DNA of 63,651 nt, the filler included, from Dugesia japonica (taxonomy: Eukaryota): the NCBI GenBank assembly GCA_001938525.1. It is 5 parts of 5 records of this genome, joined end to end, with 100 filler letters (N's around TTAATTAATTAA, not from the genome) between each part and the next. Parts side by side here need not be neighbours in the genome. Positions count along the whole stretch, not along the records: positions 1 to 13,756 come from MQRL01648582.1; positions 13,857 to 27,637 come from MQRL01611681.1; 3 more parts are not named here. One strand, written 5' to 3'. Both the position numbers and the translations under genes were made by a program. The notes beneath the pieces are model-generated. The model saw nothing but the letters and a program-made list of their open reading frames with translations. It had not been told where the DNA came from and did no database searches. Every line of letters begins with the position of its first letter. The stretch's first letter is position 1. This document shows positions 11,846 through 25,239 of this stretch, one piece after another.

Positions 11846-13686
11846 TTACATCATCTCTTTAAAACTTTTTTTAATTTTTTCCACATTTCTTTCGATCATC
11901 TTGTCTTCTGAACTCTTCAGCAGGTATCGCTGTTCATGAATATGTTTTATCACCTCGTATGGACCTACATATCTTTCTTTGTCTTTTGATCTGTTTTCTA
12001 CCTTGGTAAACACATCTTCTCTAACTTGAAAATATCTCTTTGTTGGTGTCAACTATTCAGAATTTCATTCTTTTCTCCATTACTGAACAATCGTTCTCTA
12101 TGTATCTTCTTACCGAATATCACATCTGCTGGACTTATCTCAAAAGTCTTCTGGCTTGTTGCATTTAGTGTATATACAACCTTTGGTATTAACTCGAAAA
12201 TTTTAACTCGACCAATTTTTATTCTTTTTATCTTTTAATGTTGCATTAATATAATCTCTGATCGTTCTGAATTGGCATTTTACTATTTCATTTATATTAT
12301 GATGATATATACTTGAAAAGCAAATCGCTATATTGATTGAATCTGTCATCTCTTTAAAACCATTCGATTCGAAGATCTTTCCGCAATCTAGATGTATCTC
12401 TTTTGGAGCACCAAATCACAGGATTCATTTTTACATAATCGTTTTCTTTATTGATTCTTCATCTTGTTTGACTGGGGCTGTTAAAAAATATGTATCTACT
12501 AAATTCATTTATTATGTCACATATACATATTCTCCGTCCCAAGGTTTCTTGTAATGGTTCACAAATATCTAAATAAATACTTTCAAGGGGTTCATAAGCC
12601 TTTAACTTTAAAGTTTCCGCCTTTGTTCTGACTATTGTTACTATCTTCATTTGGCACGCTGTAAATTCTTTTATTAGTTTTGACGCAGTTTCTCTTAAAT
12701 CTTCCATATCATATTCATTTTTCAAATAATTCATCACATTTTCCGTAACTGTGTGAACCAATAAACCACGAATTTCTTTTACCATTTGAATTTTCTTTTC
12801 TGTTGGGATCCATATTTTGCCATCTTTTGTTTTTATTATATCTTCTATTAATCAAAGGTTTTTACATATTATATTTCTTATATCATTTGTTATCTGTTTA
12901 ATTTCTTCTACGTTACTTTGGCATTTATATGTATCTGAATATGATATACCATTAATTGTTCCTGTCTTTATTTTTCTTTCTTTTGGATTCTCATGATCTG
13001 TTAAGCATTGTACACATGTACCACAATTCATTGTCGACAGCATATCTGCATTCGTATGTTTCGCAACTTGTCTAAATTCCAATACCATATCTAGTCTACT
13101 AAGAAATTTCATCCAAGTCTGAAATTGTAGAGTAATTGGCTTGTTTGTCTTTTTCATAAATGCTATCGCTTTGCGATCTCTTCTTACCAAAAATCTTTTT
13201 TCATACAGATTATGTTTGAAATGGTTACCGAAATAGTAAATAGTAAAAAAATTCTATTCTTTTTATACAATATCCTTTTTCATGAGCTGACATTGAATGT
13301 AACCCATATGCAATGACTTGTTCTGAACTTCTTTCATCTATTTGCAATAAAACTGCTCCGATGGCATCAAAACTTGCATTTGTATCTAGTACAAATATTT
13401 TTTTGATATCTGGAAAACTCAATATTGGTGCTTTTGTTAATGCCTCTTTCCTATCATTAAAAGCTTTGTCAGAATTTTCACACCACACAAGTTTTTTTAT
13501 TGTTACTTCCACAAAGCTCTTCCAAGATTCTTGCTTTCTTTGAGTAATTATTGATAAACCGTCTATAATAATTGCATATTCCCAAAAAGCTTCTCAAGTT
13601 CTTTACACATTTAGATCTTCCGAAATTTGGAATCGCTTCAATATTTGTTGGATTCGTTCAAATTCCATTCTTGTCTATGACATGTC
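11846..13686 (-). mobile_element. Ty3/Gypsy pol remnant (RT end, RNase H, integrase with GPY/F)
   Basis: APILSFPD..FVLDTNASFDAIGAVLLQ..VIAYG, PLESIYLDICEPL and RYVGPYEVIK. Multiple stops and frameshifts. Confidence 0.9.
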
Positions 13687-13756
13687 AGTAGTGAGACATG
13701 TCCGCACTGAACCTCCACTTTTTCTACCCCCTCCCCCCTGTTACTAAAAATAGATT
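13687..13756 (+). mobile_element. Probable Polinton-like terminus interrupting the Gypsy RT
   Basis: AGTAGTGAGACATGTCCGCAC followed by a C-rich tract, starting where Gypsy homology stops. Confidence 0.45.
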
Positions 13757-13856
13757 NNNNNNNNNNNNNNNNNNNNNNNNNNNNNNNNNNNNNNNNNNNN
13801 TTAATTAATTAANNNNNNNNNNNNNNNNNNNNNNNNNNNNNNNNNNNNNNNNNNNN
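13757..13856. other. Artificial scaffold spacer
   Basis: Exactly 100 bp: N44-TTAATTAATTAA-N44. The core has stops in all six frames. Confidence 0.95.
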
Positions 13857-13881
13857 TGAAATTTTGTAATAAATAAATTAC

Positions 13882-14304
13882 TTTTTATATCTCGATGAAC
13901 TATCTCAATTTTGTGCATTTCAACCAATTGTTTTAATATGTCAAAGCATATCTTACAAATAAATTCTTCAGGCAGAAATGATTCTCCTGTCTTCGGCTTC
14001 GATTCATACGTTTCTATATAATAACGCAAAGATTTCTTAAATATAAGTAAAAAATAATTTCAAATTTAATAAAAACCTTTTCAAAATACTGCATACTAAA
14101 TACAATATTCTCATTATAACGGTACAAATCATGGAAAGTTTCTAATTCTTTAGAAAACTTTAAATCGCTTTGAATATTTATATCTCTTTCCAATATTTTC
14201 GGATCATTGTTATTTTTCACTGCAACCAGTTTATCTGATGACCTATATAAGAATATTTCCCCAAATGATCCTGCGCCAATAGATTCTACAACACTTCCAT
14301 CCAT
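13882..14304 (-). CDS. Ser/Thr protein kinase, N-lobe to catalytic loop (partial, 2 exons)
   Basis: Exon 14304-14077 has IGAGSFGEI and VAVK. A 41-nt GT-AG intron at 14076-14036 joins it in frame to exon 14035-13882, which ends IVHRDIK followed by a gtaatt donor. The rest is lost at the spacer. Confidence 0.8.
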
Positions 14305-17054
14305 TCTAATATTATACAAAATATGATAATGAAAATAATTATATTTTAAAAAATTATATTAAAAACTGGAATCAAATTATATTTCCTAAAATTCTTAAGA
14401 GAATCTTTCAAAAATTTGCGAATCATAAATAAACAAATAAAATCAAAATATTTACCAAATTAATTATTTTTATTTTTGATGATTTTCTATTGATTTTTGA
14501 AGAAATGTCACCCATGAAAATTACAGTATTTATGTGAAATGTAAGATTGGTATTGTGAGGTAAATTAAATAGACAGATTGATTCGGGGAATTTTTTTGTG
14601 GCAAATCAATAAAAGAATAANNNNNNNNNNNNNNNNNNNNNNNNNNNNNNNNNNNNNNNNNNNNNNNNNNNNNNNNNNNNNNNNNNNNNNNNNNNNNNNN
14701 NNNNNNNNNNNNNNNNNNNNNNNNNNNNNNNNNNNNNNNNNNNNNNNNNNNNNNNNNNNNNNNNNNNNNNNNNNNNNNNNNNNNNNNNNNNNNNNNNNNN
14801 NNNNNNNNNNNNNNNNNNNAAAATTGCCAGAAATAAATTCCTTGTCAAATTTGTTTGTTTAATCACCTTTGTTATGAAATAGAATATTTTACAACTCAAG
14901 TGTTAATTTTTATGGAACCAAATAACAAAATAAAAGATTCTGAGGAAACTACTTACAGGTATATTTCAATTTTCTTTAATAAGATTAAAAGGAAAAATAG
15001 TTCAACCGAGGGAGAATCAAATGAGGTATTTACATATGGTAGAGACAAGCAATTTTGATAAAAAATAAAAATAATTTAAAATTTTCACACGAAATCTATC
15101 TAAAAGAGCTCATTAAACATTAAATAATAGAGATTTAGAAAGATATGCTATTTTATTAATAGATGTTCTAGCTGATATTTTTATTTGAATAAGTATTATT
15201 AGTTCCAGTTTTAGATAGCTTAAGACTTTATTTTCACAAATATTTCAGAATCGTTCTCTTTGTTATTTCTCTAATTGAAATCAATCAACATGATTATTTT
15301 GTTTAAAGAAATACATAAAACTTGTACCTATACAAATTACTTCAAATAAACAGAGATTATTTAGCTTAACAAAATCTTATCTATGGTGACAAGGTGAAAA
15401 ATGTCTTTCTTTTTCATGTTAATATATATTTATATTAAGAAAACTAAATGGATATATTAAAACTGATATAATATAAAAATTAAATTAGCATAATAAATAC
15501 ATTAACATTGTTATAAAAACCACAAAACTCTCTTTCCGAAATTACATCGTCATATCTAAACTACTNNNNNNNNNNACCAATGGCGTGAATTTTTCAGTCA
15601 CAAACCCATTCCAAATATTGGAGAGGGGGTGTAAATTGTTTTTATGCGCTACTATCTAACTACTTGAAATGTTGTGTTTACATGTTAGAAAGATTGTTAG
15701 TTGTATTTTGTGTCGAAATAAACAAAATTCTTAATAATATCAGTAATACTTGAAATTTGGAGTTACTATTAACTGATTCACAAAAACTTTCAATGAAAGG
15801 TTGTGTATAATTTGTAACAAATGTCCAAAAATAGTTCGTTATTAGTAAAAAGGATTTGCAAGTTGTTTATACATGTTAAGGTTTGAAAATAAAATAATAC
15901 TTTAATTAATTTGATTAGAAATTAATTTCAGATTGATTGCGAAACACCAGTTAAATGAAATCCTAAATGATTATGTAATAAACAGGTAATGAGCTTGACA
16001 ATATAAATGATTATGAAACCAATTGATAATCCACGTAGTGATGATTTCATAGTTCTTTAATGATGACAAAACATCAAAATAACCTTTTTAGACATAAGTT
16101 CCTCTATACTGAGAGGATACATAGACCGCGTAAGTAAACTAGAAGCTGTGTTTTATATGTAAGAAAACTTTATTTTCCATACTTACATATATTTATTATA
16201 AATATGTTATATAGTTAATCATTAAATTGAGTAATAAGTCTTTTCGTATTTTTAAGAAACATTCCAAGTCAATTTTTTATAATTATAAAAAATTTTATTC
16301 ATCAGTTGTTTTACCAAGTGTTCACAATCTTCACATGTTTTATCCCGATACAAAATTTTTGAAAAAAGTTCTGACTTACGTGTTCACTTACAGAACTTTA
16401 TACATTCGCCTTATCACTTTTCCTTTTGGTTTGTATTGCATTTTTACATATACCGAATTAAAACAACTAAAATATTGATTGTTATCTGCCATATTTTCCC
16501 AATATTTTGAACTAATCCGCTAGATTTATTTTGAAAATGAGGTATTTACAATGAGTGGGCAAATATACAAATATAAAACAAATATACGCTATTTTAAATG
16601 AATTAGACTTTCAATATTTTTCTTATTTGAATTTTTTACTCAACCCAATAAATATTTCAATTAAATGCGGTATATTCAAATGATTTAACAACCAAGAATA
16701 TTTCGTCGATTTGTATTAGGAAACCGATGAATACTTTACTACGTACCGATTTTCAAAAATGACGATTTATTAACAAAAAGTATTCAAGAATATGTAAGAG
16801 TTAACATATCTTGTAATCATAGTTCCTTTTAATCTCTGAGCCTATGAAACTTGGGAGTAAAGTTAGAGATGTTTTAATCAATTTAAAGAGAAATTACTTT
16901 GCCGAGTAGCTCTGAAAAATATTGAAGTAAGTGAACAATAACAAACATTGAATTCTTCAATTACTTATGCAATGTGTGGTGAAAGTAATTTACTTGTTTA
17001 CGGGAAATGACAAAATAGTTATTATATATCGCATAATAATTAAGTAATTATTAA

Positions 17055-17524
17055 TTATGAACAATTAAAGAAAAATGTTAACTTGAGAATTAACAGAAAA
17101 TGTATAGTCATGTTTTTTGTAAGAGTTATTTCGTCAGCATGATTGAGAGATTCTGTTTCATACCCAACAAAGTGTAAATCGTTCGGTGTTATTCCAAAAT
17201 GCCATGAAGTTATTTCCTTTAATTCCTTCAAGGTTCGTTGACCTAGAGGAATCGGTAAATGTTCGGTAAATTTTGAACAACCAATTTTGATGACAGCATA
17301 ATTTTCTAAGCTGATAAATTTAATAAGTTCTGTCAATGTAACCAAATCATTTCTAACCAATTTCTTCTGAAATTATTGAAATTCTCTGATTGGAAATTCG
17401 ACAAAAAGAATTTTTTCACAAATCTTTAATATATCACATAAAATAACATGTATTATTAACATACAAATTAATGATATATGAACCATCAGTTTCTTCATTT
17501 CCCAAACGTTGTAAAGCATCAAGA
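17055..17524 (-). pseudogene. Possible spliced gene fragment of unknown product
   Basis: Short exon-like LDALQRLGNEETDGSYIIN bounded by ag and gtatgt, a ~41-nt intron-like gap, then ORF 17055-17360. Joining them needs a stop or frameshift. Confidence 0.3.
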
Positions 17525-18094
17525 CTAAATAAAGATTTTTATATCATAATTTAATATAATTTTATCACAGTATTTGACGAAGAGTATAACTGTAAATAAT
17601 TTACAATTAATATNATAATAATTATATTTTATAATTACTTTTGCAAAACTTTACTTTTCGATTTCTTTTTCTCTGATAAAACATCGTGAATCATAATCAT
17701 TCTGTGAGAATAAATTTATAAATTTAATATAATATTATAAATTTAATATAATATAATAATTTAATAATATTTATATTAATAATAATAATTTTACAATTGC
17801 AATTATTGCGAGAATAATTGTTGGGCATAACCATTGATCGTTTTTGAGATTTCATCAAACTTCTAATAAAATTTATTNNNNNNNNNNNNNNNNNNNNNNN
17901 NNNNNNNNNNNTATATGATGATAAAATAATAAACTTGAACTGCAGTGAAAGCTAATCCTACAAATGATGAAATGAACAAAACGACAAATAAACTAATATA
18001 TTTCGTAAATTTATTACATATTTAGTATAAATGTCGCGCCGAATTTTTGTATTATAATAATAATTATAATAATAACAATAATAATAACAAAAAT

Positions 18095-18260
18095 AGTAGG
18101 ATAGTAGCGCGCCGGATCGACCCTCTTCCTCCCGTGTGTAAAAAGTGGTCTATAATTTTTCCAATGTAAATAGGCGAGGAATTTTGCTCGTACTTTTTGT
18201 GTGCTTTGTTCGAAATTTTTAGGTTTTTTCAAATTTTGCCCGCATTTTTTATTTTAATTA
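18095..18260 (+). mobile_element. Polinton-like terminus
   Basis: AGTAGGATAGTAGCGCGCCGG... is a GC-rich island in AT-rich DNA and resembles the termini at 7829 and 58707. Confidence 0.5.
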
Positions 18261-19703
18261 TTTATTTTAAAATTATTCGTTGTAAACAATAATTTTTAAA
18301 TTACATTAAATTTTTTAAAAATCTTAAATTATTAATCAAAATTATAAATACACATAATAAACACAACATATAACACACATGATTTAAAATACAAAATAAT
18401 AATAATAATANNNNNNNNNNNNNNNNNNNNNNNNNNNNNNNNNNNNNNNNNNNNNNNNNNNNNNNNNNNNNNNNNNNNNNNNNNNNNNNNNNNNNNNNTA
18501 ATAATTACAAATACAAACAATAATAATTATAATAAATAAGAAATTTCAATATAGTATTATATAAGAATTTTAGTTAGGTTAAATTTTATCCAGTCAATTT
18601 TAGATTTTAATTTTTTTCGATTATTTTACGTTAATTTTTATTCTATAATTTAATTAAATAATTTATATAAATTAAAATTTTTACAGTAAATTTTAATTAT
18701 GTTAAATTTTACAGTTTATTTTTCCAGTGGTATTTAATTTTCTAAATAAGATTTTAGTAGTTTATTTTAGGATATTAAGATAGTAATTTTTTACTCTATA
18801 TTTTTAATAGGTTCATTTTTAGCAGTTAATTTTAGAATTAAATTTTTTATAAGACTTTCACCGGTAGTATTTTTACAATTGATTTTTATAAGTTAATTTT
18901 CACCGACTGTTTTTTAATTTTTTATTTGATTGATTTTTAACGGTTTATTTTGGAATTTTACCCAGTGGTATTTAATTTTTAATGGATTTTAATTAGATTA
19001 ATGTTTATTCTATAACTTTTTTATATAATATCTAATATAGATTAATTTTTATAAGATTGTTCTTAAAATCTTAGCCCCTAGTAATATTGCAAAGTTTTGC
19101 CTCTGTTTATATTTAAACTTTACCTTGATAGTATTTTAATTTTGCCTCTGTTTGATTTTTCAAATTTTATACCCCTGTTGATCTGATTGATTTAATTAAT
19201 TAATTAATTGATTTATGAATTAATTAAGTTAAATGAAGTAAAAATATTAAATTAATTAACTATAATGATTAGATTAATGGATACATGTTATTAGCTTTGT
19301 AAGTGTATTATATTTGGTTTATTTAGATTTTTGAATGTTTTTTAGTTTATTAAGTATATTTGACTTATATTATAAGGTGTACAATGCTTGCAATGTTCAT
19401 TGTCTTCATGAATATATTGAATAGAGTAATCAAGTAATCTGGATGAAATAAATAGGTCGAATGTATGGAATGCTTTTATTAAATTAGGAAAATTTGATGA
19501 ATTGATAAATTATATTGAATGTATTAAGTAGATTGAGTATATTATAGGTCTTAGTTGTATCAAATAATTTAAAGTGTTAGATCATTTTTAAAAAATGACT
19601 CCAAAAGTGAACAATTACAACAAATGACCCTACAGTCACACATGTTAAAAATATGATACTAAAATAACACAAGTTAAAGAAAATGATCCTAAAATTACTA
19701 ATA

Positions 19704-20584
19704 CGCCCATCCCTCGCTTAACACGGAAGATAGGTTCTGCTAGATCAGCGTGTTAAACGAAACCGTGTTAAGCGAGACTAACAAATATATGAAAAAGAGA
19801 GGATAGGTTCTTTTTTAGAAATATTTAAGAAATTGGTAGATAGGACTGAAAATTTATTGAAACATTATGAATACAGATAAAAGATATTATTTAATGTCAC
19901 TCTCACTAGAAGATATTAATATGGGGATCTTCCTTCTTTTTATTGGGTGAATGTCATCATCACAAATACTTTCGGTTACATTTTCTGTTATGTTCCGTCG
20001 ACGTTCAAAACAATCGGTAATCCGCAGTTGTTTTTCTTAATATTCTTGTAAATTTCCTCATATTTGGCAACGCATTGTTTAATTTCTCGTTGAAATTTCA
20101 AANCTCGATCCATATCTAGATCATTATTTAGGAAATGCGTTTCAATATTTCATGCCATTTGCAACCTATCTTTTATTGTTTGAGCAGTAATCGTTGAAAT
20201 TTGACTAGAACTTTCAGTGTCGCTTTCAGTATCGTTTCTGATTTCCGGAGGAATCTTGTGGTCATATCTATTAATTCTTCTTCATTCAACTCCTGTTCTT
20301 CAACCCTAACCTAAATAGTTTATCAGCTGCTGGAACTTAACAAGTGATCAACAGAGTGGGCAACGAGAGACTAAAATGTCTGATGTATTATTTTCAGGTA
20401 CTATTTTTTTTACTTTTAAAATGGACAGTTATTGTCCAGATATACTCTGTTCGTTATTCTTAGAAATTTCCACAGCTGTGCGCACGTCTGAAAAGCAAGA
20501 TTTAATCGAACAAAACTGTTTTTTAAAAACCGTGTTAAAGCGAAACCGTGTTAAGCGAGTATCGTGTTAAGCGAGGAATGGGTG
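19704..20584 (-). mobile_element. pogo/Tigger-like deletion derivative
   Basis: 22-bp TIRs C(G/A)CCCAT(C/T)CCTCGCTTAACACG (20/22 identical), TA TSDs and subterminal cgtgttaagcga repeats. Internal transposase C-terminal remnant reads FLNND..DR..KFQREIKQCVAKYEEIYK. Confidence 0.85.
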
Positions 20585-20669
20585 TATATTTAAAAATGAC
20601 CCTAAAATAATACATATTAAAGATTTACAACAAAATATACATAATTAATAATACATAATAATAATTAAA

Positions 20670-22760
20670 CATTAATTAAACATTAATTTTTATGTGTTTG
20701 ATCACAATTTTAGTTTATTGGTTTTAAATGTTTATGTATTGGTTTAGAATTTTGTATAATGGTTTATAATTTTATTGTGTTGGTTTAAAATATTTGTATA
20801 TTGGTTGTAAATATGTGTGATGGTTTTGAATTTTTATGTATTAGTTTAGATTTTTTGTATGATTGTTTACACTTTATAAGTTTGATTGTAAATTTTGCGT
20901 ATTGGTTTATAATTTTCATAAAATATGTTACAATTTTTATTGTGTTGATTTAAAAGTTTAATGTATTGATTTCAATTTTTATGTATTGGTGTGGTATTAG
21001 TTTGAAAATTTTATGTATTGATTTAGATTTTCAAATATTAATTTTGGACTTTAAAGTGTTGACTTTGAACTTTATTATATAAGTTTTCAATTTCGTTTCA
21101 AGAGTTTAATTTCTTACATGTTGATTATTAATTTTTATGTAATATGGTACAATTTATTATTATGTTGGCTTAAAATTTATGGGGCGGTTTTAAATATTTG
21201 TTTGGTGGCTTAAAATTATATAAGTACGATTATACAATTCATATAAGCTTCGATCAAAATCTTTTGTTTCTATTGATATTTGATAACAATTCGATATTTC
21301 GATTTAATCTTCTTCAGGAATTGACTTTTAAAATAATTTTCATGTAATGTGTTACAATTTATATTTTGTTGGCTTAAAGTTTTAGTGTTGGTTTAAAATA
21401 TTTGTATTTTAATATAAATTTTAAAAGTTAGGTTTCAAATTTTTATGTATTAGTTATTATCAGATTTTTGTATGTGTATTGGTTTCAAATTTTAATATAT
21501 TGGTTTAGAAATTTGTATGATGTGTTATAAATTTTATGCTTTTGATTACAATTTTTATTGTGTTGCCTTAAAAGTCTTTATGTATTAGTTTAGATTTTCA
21601 TCTATTTGTTTTGAATTTTTAAGTGTTGACTTATAGTTTTTATGTGATATATGTTACTTTTTGTGTATTGATTTTGATAATTCTTTTTTGTATGACAGAT
21701 TATAATTTTATGTTTGATTAAGAATTTAGTGTGTTGATTTAGACCTTTGGTGTATTGGTTTAGAATCTTAGAATAATTGATTTTAATTTTCACGTGATAG
21801 ATTAAATTAATTAGGTTTTAATTATTTACTTTAAGTTAAACTTTGCTCGTGTAAAAATAACTGACTGATTTATATGTACGATAGAGTGCATTATGAGAAT
21901 ATTTAGATGAATGATTAATGTATTAAATTAAATATATTTTACTAGTTTTAATAGATGATTGATTGATGAATAAAATACATAAGATAGATTAAAAAACTTT
22001 TTATATGGGTTCTTTTTTAGTTCAGTTTGATCGATATTTTCATTAAATTAATAAAGATTTAAATTAATTACTTGTATATTAGCTTGATTTAATTCATATC
22101 AGTAAAACGTTTGGTTTCAGTAAGTAAAGTTTTAATGTCAAGAGTGAGAAATGCAGTTATGTTATAGCTTTAAGTGCCAAATATTTATAGTGAAATGTAT
22201 TGCATATCAGTATATTATTTACTTTTAAGTGTTGATTCGATTCTGAGTGATTTAATTTAGTTTCACGTGTTTTAATTTAGTGTAATGGTTAAGATTTTAG
22301 TGTTATGGATTATAACTTACAGATCATGAGAAAAGTTGTTATATTACTGGTTAAGAAATTTAGTGTATCGGTTAAGAATTTTGGTGAATTGATTTTCAAT
22401 TTCAAGTCATGATTTAATTATTTTTCATTTTAAGCATTAATATTTATATGTTAGTTTTGAATTTTTATGTGATATATATTACTTTTTGTACGATGGATTT
22501 TAATTTTTGAGTATTAGTTTAGAATTTTGTGTAATGTATTATAATTTTTATGTATTGGATCATAAAGTTTTGTATGTCAGCTTTGAATTTTTTTGTGTTG
22601 AATTAAGTTTTGTATAATGATTTATAACTTTCTTTAGTTTGATAGGTTTCAATTTTCATATATGAATTAAGAATTTAATGTATTGGTTAAGTATTCTACA
22701 TGATGGATTATTATTTTATGTCTTGGATTAGAATTTTTAATCAGATTAAGATGATTGAAC
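20670..22760. repeat. Degenerate ~21-bp TG-rich minisatellite
   Basis: Units such as tttatgtattggtttagaat recur with strong strand asymmetry. Confidence 0.75.
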
Positions 22761-23199
22761 TCAAATTATTGAATCAAACTATGACCGTAACAGACTTTAG
22801 ACTCAATTATTATTGTGTATTTTTCATTAAATCTACTTATTCATATGATCGTAATGGTTATATAAGTGTATTGTATAAGTTTCATAGTAGATTAAGCGAA
22901 TGATTGATAGATGGATAGTACGATATGTTAGAAAAAATAGATTTATTAAGTTGATATTAGATTAACTGGAATGAAATCTTATTGTCCTGTTCACAATTTT
23001 TTAAACAAATGTTTATTGTGTGTTTCTAGTTTAATGGATAAAACGGTTTATATGATGTAATTATTGAATAAATTAAATGTTAAATGGTTAATTGTCTCGA
23101 AAATCTAGTTATATTTGTATGAAATTACATTATAAATATTGTAATATGACTTTTAATTATATTACATTTTAAATTAAAAATATTCTTTAAACAAATTCA

Positions 23200-24830
23200 T
23201 TTTGTCCATCAATCTGGTTCTAGCAAATTGAAGCAATCTTCAGGATTTCAAGAATATTAAGAGAAGATTCCTAGTGCCTTCATCTTGTCTCCAACTTACC
23301 ATCAGCAGTCCTTTCAACTTTTCAGGAATTGTTAGATACAGAATCCAAAACACCATATACATATCTTTGAGAAAATATGATCAACAGTAGAAAACTACGG
23401 ATCTCATATCATGAGGATAAAATGTTTCTCCTTGAGCCTCTTGGAGATTAAAGACCATTAGATTGTCTTCGAAAACTACGCAGAGACCTCAAAGAGATAG
23501 AACCTAATTAGAAAGATGCAGACAATAGCATGCTGTTACGAAATGCTTTTATAAGAGCAATGCCTCAAAATATCAAGCCTCAACTTGTCTCCAAAGAAAT
23601 CTGCCATTGAAAAAACTGTGACAATTGGCTGACAGACTTGCGCAAATTGAATTTTTACAAGTTGTACACAGCATCTCTAGTGAAACAAATTCAAGCAAAT
23701 CACATCTACTACGAGATGAAATAAATCAACTGAAAATGGTTCATACACAAAAGTCAATATCAACAGATGGAACTTGCTAATAACACCAAAAATTTGGGAA
23801 ATTAGCCAGAAAATGCCGTGAACCATGTGATTAGAATTCTAAACAAACCCAAGGAAATGACAAAGATTCTCAATAATTCCGCTGATTTAGAACCTTATCA
23901 CACTTGAACCGGAACTAATCTCTACAATATTCACTGTTACAGCAAATTATCAAAGCAAGGTAATAAATCTTGTAATCAACATAGAAGCAGATGTTAGTAT
24001 TCTACCAGCCAAACAATTTCACACCGCTCAATATGAAACGAACAAATAACTAATTTCAGCTGGCAGTAAAATAATTCCTAATTGGGGACAACGGACTTTG
24101 TACTTTAATATCGTTGGTATTCCACAAAAATTCAAGTGAACATTCATAGTCGCAGAAGTTCATCAACCGATATTGGAATCAGATTTCTTCAGACATAATG
24201 GGATTATAATAGACTGTCGACGGAATCAAATTATTTTCGACAACAACAGAGCGCAAGAATCGTGGTTGAATGATAATTCCAATAGAACAGCACATAAATA
24301 TAATCTACAACATAAACCAGAACTTCAATTTCATGACAACTGGACTACTTATCTCAAAAATCTCGACGAATAGCTGGAACAATGCTTGAAACAGTTCGCG
24401 AAAAAACAGCATGAAAAAGCTTATTTGGATATCAAAGCAGCACTGAATTGAATTACAAATATGACTCCGTCTGATTGAAACAAAAAAGTAATACTTCAAA
24501 CGGACCCATCAAACATTGCACTTGGAGCAAGTCTGTATCACAAAGTCAACGACAAACTTGCTCCCATCTCATTTTTTTCAAGAAGATTAAACAAGACAGA
24601 ACACATATGTTCAACATTTGATTGTGAACTCTTAGTCATCTATCTATCCATCAAGAATTTCAAACATTAGAAGGCAGCGATTTCACAATTTTAACAGATC
24701 ACAAACCACTGCTATATTCTCAATCGATGAAAAACCCAACAAACAGGCAATGGCGTTACATTGAATTTGTCAGCTAATTCTTATTACAGCTTAAATACGT
24801 GAAAGGATCCGAAAACTTTGCTGTATGAAC
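23200..24830 (+). mobile_element. Gypsy remnant of the CsRn1/Kabuki/Boudicca type (gag, protease, RNase H; RT largely deleted)
   Basis: Gag CHCC motif C**HQKFGKLARKCREPC (~23775), degenerate protease LVINIEADVSILP, and RNase H QTDPSNIALGASL...PISFFSRRL...STFDCELL...ILTDHKPL. Confidence 0.8.
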
Positions 24831-25239
24831 TCAACACATATAATATTGGTTGATATATCTTATTAGAATTTATTGTTTATCTTAATGAAATTTATGTTTG
24901 CCTAGATGAATCTTTATCTTTATTAAAATCCTAAATATTACTTAATCAATACACACAACACGTGACATATGACATAATGTAATAAATCATGAATCATCTT
25001 TAGTTTCTATGTTACGCAATAAAAGCTCCCCGGGAATATTGATATCACTATTAAATTACTCATAATAAAAGAAAAAGTAATGTTTTATAATTTTTATTTT
25101 AGTTGTCATAATTGCATTAAAAAACATCAAATAAAAATTACAAAATACATTTAAAAGAAAAACAAAGTAATTATTAGTTTTCTTTTAAATGTATTTTGTG
25201 TTTTTTTTAAAATTATAACTAATAATACAAAGATCTAAA

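Noticed and set aside
13801-13812. TTAATTAATTAA as a biological motif
   Set aside because: It is always centred in exactly 100-bp N blocks, so it is an assembly linker.
14570-15060. Possible plus-strand exon ending TTYR|gtatat
   Set aside because: It is interrupted by a large N gap, with no recognisable product or partner exons.
20670-22760. CRISPR-like array
   Set aside because: These are degenerate contiguous tandem units with no unique spacers and no cas genes, in a eukaryotic context.
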